DNA of 53,324 nt from Octopus bimaculoides (lineage: Eukaryota), in contig NC_068998.1 in the NCBI RefSeq assembly GCF_001194135.2, positions 39,358,503 through 39,411,826 on the forward strand, read 5' to 3'. Of the stretch, positions 33,072-46,883 are shown one piece after another (positions within the stretch are counted from its first letter, which is position 1; each line of letters opens with the position of its first letter). The notes under the pieces were generated by a model. It made no database searches, was not told the origin of the DNA, and saw only the letters and a program-made list of their open reading frames with translations. The position numbers were made by a program, and so were the translations under genes.

Positions 33072-34229
33072 TATATCATACACACACAAACAGATGTATA
33101 TGATGTGCTGTCTAAGTTTTCACCTACCAAATTCACTCACAAAGCTTTCATTGGTCTGAGATGCAGTGGGACTGAACCTGGAATCACATAGTTGGGGGTA
33201 AACTTCTTAACTACACAGCCATTCCTGAACCTCTTATGCTAGAAAAGTCATGAAAAGACCATACAACCATAAAAGAGATCTGAGGACAAACAACAACTAA
33301 ATAGGCACAGGTATGATTATATGATAAGAAGCTTGTTTCCCAATTGCATGGTTTTGGGTTCATTGTGTGTGGCACCTTGGGCAAGTGTCTTCCATTATAG
33401 CCTCGGGTTGACCAAAGCCTACTGATTGGGTTTGGTAGAAAGAAACTGAAAGAAGCCTATCGTGTGTGTCTCTCTTTGAGTCTGTGTTTGTCCCTCACCT
33501 CCACTTGACAACCGGTATTAGTATGAGTACATCCTCATAACTTAGTGGTTTGGCAAAGAGACTGATAGGATCAGTACCAGGCGTAAAAAAGAAAGAACAA
33601 ATAAGTGCCGTGGTCAGTCATTCAACTAAAAATTCAAGGTGGTACCCCAGCATGGCCACAGTCTAATGACTGAAACAAGTAAGAGATAAAATGAAAACTA
33701 AACAGGATTATCAAATTTATAAAATATATTGAAATGGAATGAAGCTGACCATGTCCAAAAAGATGAAATGACTTTGTTTAGCACAATCAAACAGATCACA
33801 AGCATACCAGCTGTGACTATTACATTTTCCCCTTATATGCAGGAAAGCAAGGGTCGCCTTAATTATCCAATCTGTCTTTTTCTAAGCTAGTAGGACGTGA
33901 TTTGAGAGATTTGGCTGATATTTCTAGAAAATCAAGCAACCACATAGAAACTCTTTCATTGACTTGCATGACAGAAAGTGAACACAGAAAAAAAAAATAA
34001 GCTGACAGATTGGATTTTGAGAGGCAACAAAAGAAACAGAAGACAACAACGAACTCAGAGATGGATCAGGGAGATATCACAAAAATGGAAGATTGGAAAC
34101 TCAAGACTCAAAGTCATGGAAGAAGTATAAGGAAGATGATCTTTGATTTGGCTGATTAAATGATTAATTAATTCAGAAAATATAAACACCAACACAAAAG
34201 AGATATATTAAGACAGTTGTTGTTTGTTT

Positions 34230-34790
34230 ATAACTGGTTCTCAACTAGGGTCCATATAAGAGCCTGTTGTTAACACTCTTACCAGCCACATGGTTCCGGG
34301 TTCAGTCCCACTGCATGGCACCTTGGGCAAGTGTCTTCTACTATAGCCTCAGGCCGACCAAAGCCTTGTGAGTGGATTTGGTAGACGGAAACTGAAAGAA
34401 GCCCGTCGTATATATATATATATATGTATGTGTGTGTATATGTTTGTGTATCTGTGTTTGTCCCCCCAACATCGCTTGACAACCGATGCTGGTGTGTTTA
34501 CGTCCCCGTAACTTAGAGGTTCGGCTAAAGAGACCAATAGAATAAGTACTAGGCTTACAAAGAATAAGTCCTGGGGTCGATTTGCTCGACTAAAGGCGGT
34601 GCTCCAGCATGGCCACAGTCAAATGACTGAAACAAGTAAAAGAGTAATAAACTGGTTATACTTCCACAATTCCTAATAATATTTAATTATAAAAATTGAA
34701 TAGGATATTTTTAGACACTGAATGGGTACAAGGGTTAATCAGAGAAAAATAGGAATCGAAGGGGTCTATAGGTAAAAATTGGTTGAAAAA
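34230..34790. mobile_element. hAT (Charlie-type) MITE interrupted by the family A SINE at 34277-34646
   Basis: Ends ACTGGTTCTCAAC / GGTTGAAAAATACTG; an uninterrupted homologue lies at about 42402-42648. Confidence 0.65.
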
Positions 34791-35627
34791 TACTGATCGA
34801 ATACTGAAAGAATATAGTCAAATAACAACCTGTGTTTATAGGCTTTAGCATAACACTTCCAAAATATAACAATGTTGGTTTCAACACAGAGGTTCAGATC
34901 AGAATTTTTACAAAGACAAATTCTAAAATGAAAGAACAGAGATAAAATATATGGAAAGTAAAGCTTTACCCTTGAAGTAATTATGTAACTCAGAAACCGC
35001 ATTTTTTCCTTCCACCTACAACAGTCGTCTTTTGTAAATCTATTTATTAATTTTTTGATTTTTTTTGTTTTTATTTCTTCCCACACCTGCTCTAGTATGG
35101 AAAAAAAGTCGGTCTGATTGACATAGTGAACAAGTTTTCTTGTTTTCTCTTCATTTTTAGGATTAGAAAAATTTCACATGTGTATGTAAAATTCTCAGCT
35201 TGAAGCCATCGTGTGACAGAATTGAAGTGGAGCTTTTTGGGGTGGTAGTGGTGGAGCTGCTTTAGTTGATAAAAGAAGGTTTTCTTTTTTGTTGAATTCA
35301 GCAAATAGTTTGTTATTGTTTAACTTCAGGTCAGTTCTGATCAAGCAGATCTATAATCCTCTCGTCTATTTAAACCTATGTTTGCCACATTATGCAATAT
35401 CCCCTCTTTTCTATGCCCTACCTACATCATTATCATTTTAGTATCTACTTTCCATATTTGTATGAGTCAGACAGAGTTTATCGAAGCAGATTGTCTACCT
35501 AGTGGCCAGACATGTTTTTGCAGAATATTGGAAAGGAATGGCACTGCTTGTATGACAGTGATGCTTGTTTATAATTAGTATACACTGTCAAGACAAGGAG
35601 ACATCAATATACAGACATTTGCACAAA

Positions 35628-35879
35628 TATATATATATACAAAACGTCTATTCTCTAACTTTACACATATATATATATATATATACATACATACATATAT
35701 ACATACATACATATATACATACATATATATATATATATACATACATACATATATACATACATACATATATATATACATACATACATATATATATACATAC
35801 ATACATATATATATACATACATACATATATATATACATACATACATATATATATACATACATACATATATATATACATA
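35628..35879. repeat. (TA)n/(TACA)n compound microsatellite running into an N gap
   Basis: Direct reading. Confidence 0.95.
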
Positions 35880-38094
35880 NNNNNNNNNNNNNNNNNNNNN
35901 NNNNNNNNNNNNNNNNNNNNNNNNNNNNNNNNNNNNNNNNNNNNNNNNNNNNNNNNNNNNNNNNNNNNNNNNNNNNNNNNNNNNNNNNNNNNNNNNNNNN
36001 NNNNNNNNNNNNNNNNNNNNNNNNNNNNNNNNNNNNNNNNNNNNNNNNNNNNNNNNNNNNNNNNNNNNNNNNNNNNNNNNNNNNNNNNNNNNNNNNNNNN
36101 NNNNNNNNNNNNNNNNNNNNNNNNNNNNNNNNNNNNNNNNNNNNNNNNNNNNNNNNNNNNNNNNNNNNNNNNNNNNNNNNNNNNNNNNNNNNNNNNNNNN
36201 NNNNNNNNNNNNNNNNNNNNNNNNNNNNNNNNNNNNNNNNNNNNNNNNNNNNNNNNNNNNNNNNNNNNNNNNNNNNNNNNNNNNNNNNNNNNNNNNNNNN
36301 NNNNNNNNNNNNNNNNNNNNNNNNNNNNNNNNNNNNNNNNNNNNNNNNNNNNNNNNNNNNNNNNNNNNNNNNNNNNNNNNNNNNNNNNNNNNNNNNNNNN
36401 NNNNNNNNNNNNNNNNNNNNNNNNNNNNNNNNNNNNNNNNNNNNNNNNNNNNNNNNNNNNNNNNNNNNNNNNNNNNNNNNNNNNNNNNNNNNNNNNNNNN
36501 NNNNNNNNNNNNNNNNNNNNNNNNNNNNNNNNNNNNNNNNNNNNNNNNNNNNNNNNNNNNNNNNNNNNNNNNNNNNNNNNNNNNNNNNNNNNNNNNNNNN
36601 NNNNNNNNNNNNNNNNNNNNNNNNNNNNNNNNNNNNNNNNNNNNNNNNNNNNNNNNNNNNNNNNNNNNNNNNNNNNNNNNNNNNNNNNNNNNNNNNNNNN
36701 NNNNNNNNNNNNNNNNNNNNNNNNNNNNNNNNNNNNNNNNNNNNNNNNNNNNNNNNNNNNNNNNNNNNNNNNNNNNAGTCCAATGACTAAAAGATAGAAA
36801 GTAAACAAAAAACAAGACAAGTTGGTCAAAACTGGTATATTTTTGATTATAAGGTCTACTTAACCAACGCTGATCTTCTAGGCTAAACTACAAAGAAAAC
36901 GACACAGGAGTGTACATAATATAAGCGTGTCAGCTCAGCGAAGTATTTAAGGTGTGTATAATATTCTATGAAACAGGACATTATTATCCTATTATTCTCT
37001 TGCAGAACCCACCAGACCTCTACACCCAGCAGGATAAAATAACCTACATTGCAGCTGGTTTGTCAAGCAATTAGTCAAGCATCACATATGTTAACCCAAA
37101 TATTTTATGGGGGGGTTAACGGCGTTGGCTAAACACAATAAAAATATTATACACCATTTATATGTATATATGTTGTTTATTGATGTAGGTATCTATTTAT
37201 GTGTGTAACTATAAATGGAAAGAGGGGTTTATGGTCTATAACTGTGTGAAATGCTTTGTCAACATAACTTGCTTTACTTTTTACTATTGGAACACACACA
37301 TACATTAATTCACTAGTATATTTTTAAAGAATCACAGACGCACTGATAACATATATCTACACAACATAAATACACATGTGAGAGTGTGTGTTTATGATTG
37401 TATATATGAGTGTGTGAGATACACACATACATAACTTAAAACATTTATACCTGTATAAATGCATATAAATAAACATACAGATAACACATTCATAATATAT
37501 AATCTATCTAGACCAGAACCACCTCCACTCTATGAGGGAATTTTCAAACACATAAACACAGAGAAAATCATAGTTAAAAAGCTTATTTTGCAACCTTGAG
37601 GGTCTGGGACCAATCCCATTTTGCAGTACCTTCGAGTAGTACCTTCTACAAAGCCTCAGGCTGACCTTGTGCAAAAGCCTCACACACACACACACATACA
37701 TAGTAGTTGACCTCTGTTATTTGATAATGAGGATCCAGTTCAATAAAATGAATTGTCCCTGAATTAATGTATAAGTAGCTAAGCATTCTACAGACGGGCA
37801 CCCTTAACACTTTAGTATTTAAACCAGCCAGATCTGGCCCCTCACACCTAGCCTACAATGTCGTTCTAAAAGTAAACAATCACAACATTCAAAATGTTAA
37901 AGCTACAAGATAATACATGATTAGTTCAAAACAATCATCATCATTGTGAATAAATAAGTATAACATTTGCTAAAGGGTTAATGTAATTCACAGGCAGAAT
38001 CAGCAATGCGTGACAAGGTACTTTTGTATCATAGGTACAATTAATCTGATAGTTTTCTATATCAGTTTCTCTATCCAATTTTACTCACAAGATA

Positions 38095-39100
38095 CAGTAC
38101 CAAGCAAAAGTCTTTGGCCACTTAAAACTATTGTAAATTTCTACTAATTGCCAACTTATAAGTGGATGCTTCGCATTGCGTTTTTTACATACAAAATATT
38201 GGCCCTGTTGTAGTCATTTCCATACCTAATCATTATATTTTGTAGTAGGGATTCTGAATGCGAGGTGAAAATGCGAGACAACCACCAAAAATGGCCATGC
38301 AAAAGTTTTCAGCCACCTCACATAAACCAATCAAGATACAGTGTTTTAAAACAGAAAAATGTCTATAATGAAAATATATTACATAATGTTTATTTCAAGA
38401 AGTTACTGTACATTGTTAATATTTCGTGTCTTCCATTAGCTTGAATAATTGCTTCAATGTGCCTGGGAAAGAGATGCATACAAATCCTTCGCCATCTTCA
38501 CCATAGGTATGAAGTGCCATTGTGACTGAGCTTCCACAACTCTTCAAGATTGCATGGATTCTTCTGATAAACTCTTCTCTTTAGTTCTGTCCACGTTTGC
38601 TTGATGATATTTAAGTAAGGGCTCTGAGTTGACCAATCTTTTAATATATTAACACTCTCATCAGCCAGACCCTGTTGTGTTGCATGCAATCTGTGGCATG
38701 GAGCTCTGTCATACTGAAAAATCTCACCTTCATCTAAGTTTGGTATCAAATTGACCTTCAGCAACTGGGATGTATTTAGCACTGGTCAAGTTACTGTCAA
38801 TTTTAACCAAATTTTTTGAACCATCACTTTTTATGTATCCCCAAAGCATCAGACTGTTACCCCAAAAGTTCACTGTTTTCGTTGTGTAACGTGGGTAATT
38901 TCGCTTTTCTGGAGGCCTTCTGACAAATTCTCGCTTATTAGAAAGCGAAATGACCCACATTGCACAACAAAAACAGTAAAGTACTGTATAGATAGACCCA
39001 AGGCTACAGAAAATGATATTTGTCCAAAATACCATGCAAAACTAGTACCTCATGGTTGCAAAATGAACTTAATAAGTATTTGGCCATACTGCACCTATAT
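38095..39100 (-). mobile_element. Tc1-like (DD34E) transposon remnant with IR/DR-type terminal repeat
   Basis: TA at 38093-38094 then CAGTACCAAGCAAAAG. Frameshifted KTVNFWGNSLMLWGYI...FQYDRAPCH...WSTQSPYLNIIKQTWTELKRRV. The N-terminal half and the second TIR were not found. Confidence 0.85.
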
Positions 39101-39386
39101 AGATATAATTTAAAATTGTGCTGGAAGGCATGACACATTACCAAATAGTCTGGGCTGGTTCCACATTCCACTCCTATATTCCGTGCAGTTTGAAAACGAC
39201 TATCATATTGCTGGGCACGTTAGCATGTAGAGTTTGAGCCATGTTATATAGTAATAAGAAATGCAGAAAATGTAAACAGTATTTTTAAGCTTTATATAAT
39301 ATATACACATTTCAGCAAACCAATTGGTGTGTTACCAGAAGCCCAGCTTGTGGGAATGTACCAACTGGCCTATAGAAATGTATGTA

Positions 39387-39581
39387 CCATATTTTCCAGC
39401 ATACAAGTTGACAGATTATATAGTGTAAACATTCAAACATCGTCACTATGTTTCCAAATCCAGCTGTATTTCTCATGAAATGTTTGGTCCTCCAAAGTCA
39501 TCTTGGTGTATAAGTCAACCTACCATCTTTGGCTGTATATTTTGATCTGAAAAATTTGAATTGTATGCTGGAAAATAGAGG
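39387..39581. mobile_element. pogo/Tigger-type MITE
   Basis: TIRs CCATATTTTCCAGCATACAA / TTGTATGCTGGAAAATA; TA at 39385-39386. Confidence 0.7.
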
Positions 39582-41205
39582 ATATAAAGCTTAAAAATAC
39601 CAATTATATTTTCTGCGTTTCTAAAGCACCAGGGCTGGTCCATGTAAAATGCACCCAGCACACTCTGTAAAATGGTTGGCATCAGGAAGAGCATCCAACC
39701 ATAGAAACGAAGTCAAATCAGACTGAAGCCTGGTGCAGTGTTTGACTGGTTTTTATTGTATCAACATTGAAAAAAATGAAAAACAGAGTCGATATCTGTA
39801 GCAATTGAACTCAAAACATAAGAATGGATGAAATGCTTGCCACCTTTATATAATGACAGCAAAGAAGACAAAGTGAAAACAGAGTTTTCATTAGTTTAGT
39901 TTTTATTACTTTGCTAATCAATGAGAGTTTAAGAAAGTAAAAGAGATTTTAGTGTTTGGAGCTTATGCTCATCTTCAGAAAGACATACATAGACGAAAGA
40001 AGGAAAGATGTGTACAGAAAGAAACGAAAACATGAATGACAGAGAAATAAGTGTTGTTCTGTGTCATGTTGAAAATAAGCATGCATATGTGTGAGTGTAT
40101 GACAGAGTGAAGGGGGGGAGGGAGAGAGAGAGAGATCAACATTATTATACATTTCTTTTTCTTGCTAGCAAGGGTTAGATGAACTTTTTCGAGGCAATGT
40201 TTTACAACTGGATGTCCCTACTACTATCAACCTTTTTAATTCTTATGACACTTACAGATATGTTGCAGTTATTCTAAAACCTTACACACAGTATAAAACA
40301 CACACATACGTAGACACACAGATATGCAAGTATGTGGTGAGAGGTTGGCAAAAGTTGTAAAGAGAAGTGGGAAAACTGAAAAAAAAAAAAAAAAAAAAAA
40401 AAAGGTGCATTTTTAATGAAATCCTTTGCAATATTTATTCTGTAGTGTATAACAGACACTCTCTTGTCACCCTGATTGCTAGAATGAACTAATAATTGGT
40501 CCGTTGAAAACTTGCAACCAACAATGCTATTATTCATGAAGTGCAATATATACAATGAGTTACTGAGTAAGCAAAAAAAGTTGTAAAGAAAATAAACCAA
40601 TAAATATAGATGTGGGTGTGTGTGAAGATATAATTCACACGTTACCTTGTGTAGTTAAGGAGCTCATTTTGCAACCATGTGCTGTTGGGTTCAGTCCCAC
40701 TGCACAGTACCTCGGGCTAGTGTCTTGTACTAAAGACCCAGGCTGACCAATACCTTGTGACTGAATTTGGTAGATGGAAACTGTGTGGAAGCTCATTGTG
40801 TCTGCGCGTGTGTATTTGTCATTTCCCCCCACTATTTGACAACCAGTGTTAGTTTGTTTACATCCCCATAATTTAATAGGTCGGCAAAAGAAACTAATTG
40901 AATAAGTGTCAGGCTTGAAAAAAGAAAAAAAAAAAAACATTAGTATCGGGGTTGACTTTGACTAAAACCCTTCGAAGCAGTTCTCCAGCATGATCATAGT
41001 GCAATGACCAAAACAAATTAAAGATATGACATAAATACACAAACACCCACAAACAAACACATAATAAGAAGCCTACCCAAACACATACACAATACCCTCA
41101 ATTTGCATCTTGCCATCTTAAAAAAGGAAAGATAAGACACACTTTGTTCCATAAAAGTGGTTGGTCAGCAACCAGATGAAGGTAGTATCAGGTAAAAAGG
41201 CCTCT

Positions 41206-41421
41206 TAACCCATTGCAGACGGGAAGCAATACTGACCACATTGAAACACAGTGTGTCTAAGTGGTGTGATGTCTCACTCTGTATGGCACAGTGTTTTCAG
41301 ATATACCACATTGAGAAGAATCTGTAAAATTCCTTGTATGAAAAATTATGTAGTTACTGAACAGCCTAATACTGGTACACAGCACAGACTGTCAGTATTA
41401 AATCTGCTTGCAAGGGGTTAA
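41206..41421. mobile_element. piggyBac-type MITE, third family (TTAA-CCCATTGCAGAC...TGCTTGCAAGGGG-TTAA)
   Basis: TTAA flanks and CCC/GGG termini. Confidence 0.5.
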
Positions 41422-42735
41422 GTGATGCCAGGGACAAGGCAACATCTGTAGTGTTGGTGCCATGACAAAATGCACCTTGTACAGTTGATGATAAGATTAG
41501 CATCCAGCCAAGATGTGATTCCTGACACAACTAGGAGGACTATAACTTTGAATAAAAACTGGTTCAATCTGTGATGACCCACCCAACCCATGCCAGCATA
41601 AAAGTGGGCATAAAATGCTGATAATAATGATGATGATGACACATTGGTAAATGTAATTCTAAATGTACATTAAGACTGGATGATCACAGGTAGAGTGTCT
41701 GCTTATATATGTCTGCTCAGTTAGTTTTCAGTGAGTAAATTTTCTGAGTTTTGTTTTGATTCCTGGTTGGAAAAGCGGGAAAGTCTGTCTCAAATCCCAT
41801 CATACCATGTAAAAAAAAAAAAAAAAAGACACATTAAGACAGTGTAGTCCTGGATGTTTAGAGACAGATTGGTCATGTCTAGAATGCCTCTGATCATAGG
41901 TCTTCTTGATCAGGACGGACCTACGGATTAAAAAAACACCAGCCCCCCCCAAGGGCTAGAATAACAAGTAAATTTCCTTATATTCACATCCTCTCGTGTT
42001 TCAAAATGAAAGACACACAGGCCAATGTAATTGGCACTGACCTGGGTCAATCTGTTTTCTTCTACAGCCCAAGAAATTGATGTGACACATCCACACAAAT
42101 TTCATTCAAACTGTAGCAATGAGAAAGAGAGTATCACAAACCATAAAAATATCAAATTAAGTAATAAACAAATTAACTGGTGTGATGGTGATAAAAAAAA
42201 AAGTCATTATGAATAGGCAGATATTTTTTTTCTGAAATACCGAAAAATTCCGTTTATAAATACACAGACATGCATTTTTCTTTCTTTTATGTTTTTATAC
42301 TAATATCATGATTAAAATTAGGGATGGGTATAGTGTATATTTCACATGTCAGGCAAGTGATTTGATCCGAGCCAGTGTGTTTGAAACTAAAGCAATTATA
42401 GTACTAGTTCTCAACATGACCCTTGGGGGTCCATGTAAGATTTTATTGCTCAAGTTTTGGGACAATAAATTGGTTTTACATGTACAATACAGAAAACATT
42501 TTAACAATTTTTTGATACAATTCCTAATAATATTTAATTACAAAAATATAATGGGATTTTTTCAAAACATGGAAAGGCTTTGAGGGTCCTCCCATGTAAA
42601 ATAGGAATCAAAGGGATCTATAGGTAAAAACTGGTTGAAAAACACTGGACACATTGGTTTCAAATTTTGGAACAAAGCCAGCAATTTCAGGGGAAGGTCT
42701 AAGTTGATTACATCGACTCCAGTGCTCAACTAGTA

Positions 42736-44001
42736 TTGGGTCATCCCATAAATAAAGTGTTTTTTTCAATTGCATGAACTAAAAATCGGAGGGGGATGGG
42801 ATAAACTACCTGCATCAACTTGCTATAAAAGCAGGTATTAATTTTGCCTTGCCCTTATTCTTAGTGCAAGTTTTGAAGAATGCAATTTGATTTTAACAGT
42901 TATTTTTTCAAAGCTATAATGGAAGTGACAAAGGAGCATCTTTGGCATATTTTGCTTTATGAGTTCAAAAAAGGCAACAATGCAATGGAAAGTGTAAGGA
43001 ATATTAATGCAGTATATGGGGATCGGACAATAAGCGTAAGTCAGTGTCAACAGTGGTTCCAGAAATTCTGAGCCAGAGACTACAGCCTACAAGATGAGCC
43101 TCGTCCTGAAAGATTAGTAGAGCTCGACAAGGATGTCTTGCAAAGCCTGGTGAAACAAAATCCCATCGTAACTGTTGGGTAACTAGCAGAGAAGCTTGGA
43201 TTTGGTCATTCAACCACTCAACGTCAGCTGTGTGCCATTGGAAAAGTCAGCAAATTGGGTCAATGGGTTTCCGAGTCTAATCACACTCAGAGAGTGAATG
43301 TGTGCTCTTCTTTGCTGTCATGTCTCACGAATGAACCTTTTTTTGGACTGAATAGTGACTGGTGATGAGAAATGGATTCTCTATAAAAATGTCAAGCACT
43401 GAAGACAGTGGGTAGGGAAAAGAGAAACACCAGCACCCCAGGCTAAAGGTCTTCACCCGTGTAAGGTGTTGTTATCTGTTTTGTGGGTTATGAAAGGCTT
43501 AGTCCACTTCAAACTTTTAAACCCAAACCAAACAATAACAAAGGAGATCTACTGCGAGCAGCTTGAGCGCCTTAAGTCAGCACTTGAAGAAAAACAACCA
43601 TCTTTGGTTTCAAGACAAAAGATGTTCTTCCATCAGGATAATGCACAGCCACATACAGCGAGGATGACATTCTAAAGGCTGCAGTGGTTTGGATGGGAAG
43701 TGATACCTCACCTACCATATTTGCTGGACATTGCCCCATCTGATTCCGCAGTCTTCAAAATCATTTGGATGGAAAAAATATGAATTCGATAGATGAGATC
43801 AGAACAATACTAGAGGAGTATTTTTTGTCCTGGAAAAGTGAATTTTGGAAGAGGGGCTTCGCAATTCTACCAAATAGATGGAGGAGCATTGTAGAAAATG
43901 AAGGAGAGTATATTTTAGGTTAAAAAAGAATGTTGTTTATCTTGATTTTGAAAAATAAAAGAAGTATGAAAAAAAACAGCATTATTTCTGGGATGACCCA
44001 A
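42736..44001 (+). mobile_element. Full-length but pseudogenised DD34D mariner inserted into a family D SINE
   Basis: TIRs TTGGGTCATCCCATAAATAA / TTATTTCTGGGATGACCCAA. Contains MEVTKEHLWHILLYEFKKG, TGDEKW, HQDNA and PYLLDIAPSD, with stops and frameshifts. The flanks rejoin as the SINE D motif CTCAACT(A)G-TA-CTTA. Confidence 0.93.
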
Positions 44002-46503
44002 ATACTTAATTTATTGTCCCTGAAAGGATGAAAAGTAAAGATGACCTCAGTGGAATTTGAACTCAGAACATAAAACTGGACAAAATGCTGCTTAGCATTT
44101 TACCTAGCACTGCAATGATTCTGTCAGCTCACTGTCATGGTGTGGAAGATACATGTTAGCTATTTAAAAATAAACAAAGACTTAACTTCACGGCTTTTTA
44201 GTCATTTAATATGCTGAGATGCAGTGGAATCATGTCAATGACCAAGTCAGGTCACAGTTCATGAGATGAAAAATTTGACACCAAATAATAAGTATTTAAC
44301 TGAAGTTAACAGCCTTTGTATGTTTTTGAATGGCTAATGTATGCTTTCCACACTGCAATCATTTATAATGCATACTATCAGGCTGCAAAACCTTTTACCA
44401 CCTACCCAGGGCTGGATTAACCCTTTTGTCACCATATTTCTGTTGAGATGCTCTGTGTTTCTTACAATTAATTTTAAATATAACAAAGAATTTAGTAAAA
44501 TAACTTAGTAAAATAAGCTAGTGTTAGGAACATTAATTTTGACTTAAGTTTGGTGGAATATTTTAATTCTAAACCTTTGAAAACAAGACATTTGTACTAC
44601 AGAGCCAGAAGCAGTTTCAGCTGGATTGGTATCAAAAGGGTTAGACACATAGAGGCTCTAAGAACTTAAGATTTTAGTGTCCCTAGATATATGTAATTCA
44701 AAATATAAACAATACTAAACCATAAAATTAATTTTTTTTTTCAAAATGAAACAAAACAGTAAGATAAAAAAAATAATGTTTATTTTTGTATACTCTCACT
44801 TTATTTATATCCTCACTATGACACCATGAACACTTTGAAATTATATTTCCAATCATTTAAATATTATTTTAGCAAGTTTCAAGTGATTTCTTTTGTACTG
44901 TAAACCATTTACCATTCCTGTGGTGCCCCACTTCCTTTGGTGGTCTAAGTACATGCTTATTTTGCATTATGGTTAGTCCAGCACTGCAGCTACCCTCTTT
45001 TATCAACAATTTTTGCCTTAGACCACCTCTGGACCTATGATAAAAGCATCCAGTTTAAAGTGATCTAAATTAAAACCTACCATCAGGATTCTAGGCTAAT
45101 TTATATTCCAAACACCATTTTAATAATGGCCAAATTATTTTATTAAATACTTCATTATTTACAAATTAATTGACTTAAAGGCTGCATATTTCAATAGAAA
45201 ATATGGTAACAAAAGGGTTCAGAAATAAACACAATAAGCTTAATTGCATTTTTAGATTATCATTTTTTAGAATTATATATTATTTTATATAAGAACGAAT
45301 TAGTAAAAAAACTAACTATTGTTTTCAGTTTCTTCTTTTCCAACAAGCTGTAGTGCACCTGCTCACTGCATACAATAAGCTCATTACCATTATTACTACT
45401 ATTATATTGGATTATAGTAGATTATCTATTTTCATTGAAGGTGTACACCATTTCGAGCGTGGCCGTTTTCGTGCGGGTGACACGTAAAAGCACCCACTAC
45501 ACTCTCTGAGTGGTTGGCGTTAGGAAGGGCATCCAGCTGTAGAAACTCTGCCAAATTAGATTGGAGCCTGGTGTTGCCATCCGGTTTCACCAGTCCTCAG
45601 TCAAATCGTCCAACCCATGCTAGCATGGAAAGCGGACGTTAAACGATGATGATGATGATGATGATGATGTGTACAATTCTGTGTTACATGTATGTATGTG
45701 TTTTACATTTTGAGACAACTGAAGCCTTCAAACCAAGATGCATTTAATAAATGGTACTATATTCATGACCAATATCATTTAATATCCACTTTTCATGCTG
45801 GTATAGATCAGATGGAATTTGTTGAAGCATATTTTCTATGGTCAGATGCTCTTCTTGCCACCAACCTACTCCTGTTTCTAAACAATCTACCCATCTACGA
45901 TGGAGGCATAAAATGAGGGAGGGAAGTCATAACAGCAGTATGTATTGAGAAATGTGTAAATGGACTTGATAGATTACTGGGTGATGTCTTTATGCTCCCA
46001 GCCTCTGTATCATGAATGGTTATGTGGACCACTCCTAACGAAAGCCAGAGTTTCCTTCAACCATTACATAAACAGTATTAAGAAAAATGTTATTTAGATG
46101 TACTTTATTTTAGTTGTTTACACTATTTTACACTTGTTTATACTCTTATACATTCAAAGTTCACAAATTTCCTAATTTAAATTATAAATCATATCATTCC
46201 TTTCAATAATATCAATATGATTGCAAAACTTCTTTGCAGACAATATTTTCTGTTTGGTCGACACTAATTTTCAAATTACTTGAGTCCGTTGCTCTACTCA
46301 TAGTGACGTGTAACTAACCATGTGTAAATATCAGAGAAGGTAAAAATACACCTTGTGCTTTGTTTGCTGTGAATGCGCAAGTGGAATCTTTAGGGTTGCA
46401 AAAAATCAAACTAAGACTGTTTTATGTGAATAATGTCTGGATGTTCTGGTGCCATGGGTTATTTTGATTGACAAAACTGAGATGTAAACAACAGCCGCTT
46501 TGA

Positions 46504-46883
46504 TTAGCCATTTTGAATCTTATTCAAAACTGACATACTTCAATAGCCACAAAATAATCACACACTTTTTCCATTTTACTTTCGCTATTAACCGTCCTCA
46601 TGACCCCTTTTCGTATCTATTATGGGCCCACAAACTATACAATGAAAATCCAGAGTTACTCATGGTTGGTGAATTTTTAATAAAAATGCAAAGGTGGTTT
46701 ATCAATTCAAAAACTGATATCCACGAAATAATCATACTTCCTAATTTTTTAATGCTAAAAACCTTCCTGACGACTGTCTTTGCAATCCCCCAAAATACCG
46801 TAACCATTGGTCCAGCCGTCTGGCCGTGAAGAGGGAACAGACAAAGAGATAGACAGATGGACATAATGCCCATTGTAGTAAGA
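46504..46883 (-). mobile_element. Possible non-autonomous Helitron (Lep1-like layout)
   Basis: Minus strand A|TCTTACTACAATGG..., a (TCTG/TCTA)-like stretch, ACGGCTGGACCAAT, and a 3' hairpin TTTTGAAT-AAG-ATTCAAAA followed by GGCTAA|T. The 3' end assignment is tentative. Confidence 0.4.

Noticed and set aside
37006-37057. Plus-strand exon-like stretch (ttctcttgcAG|AACCCACC...GCTG|GTttgt)
   Set aside because: Single isolated candidate, no recognisable peptide and no partner exons.
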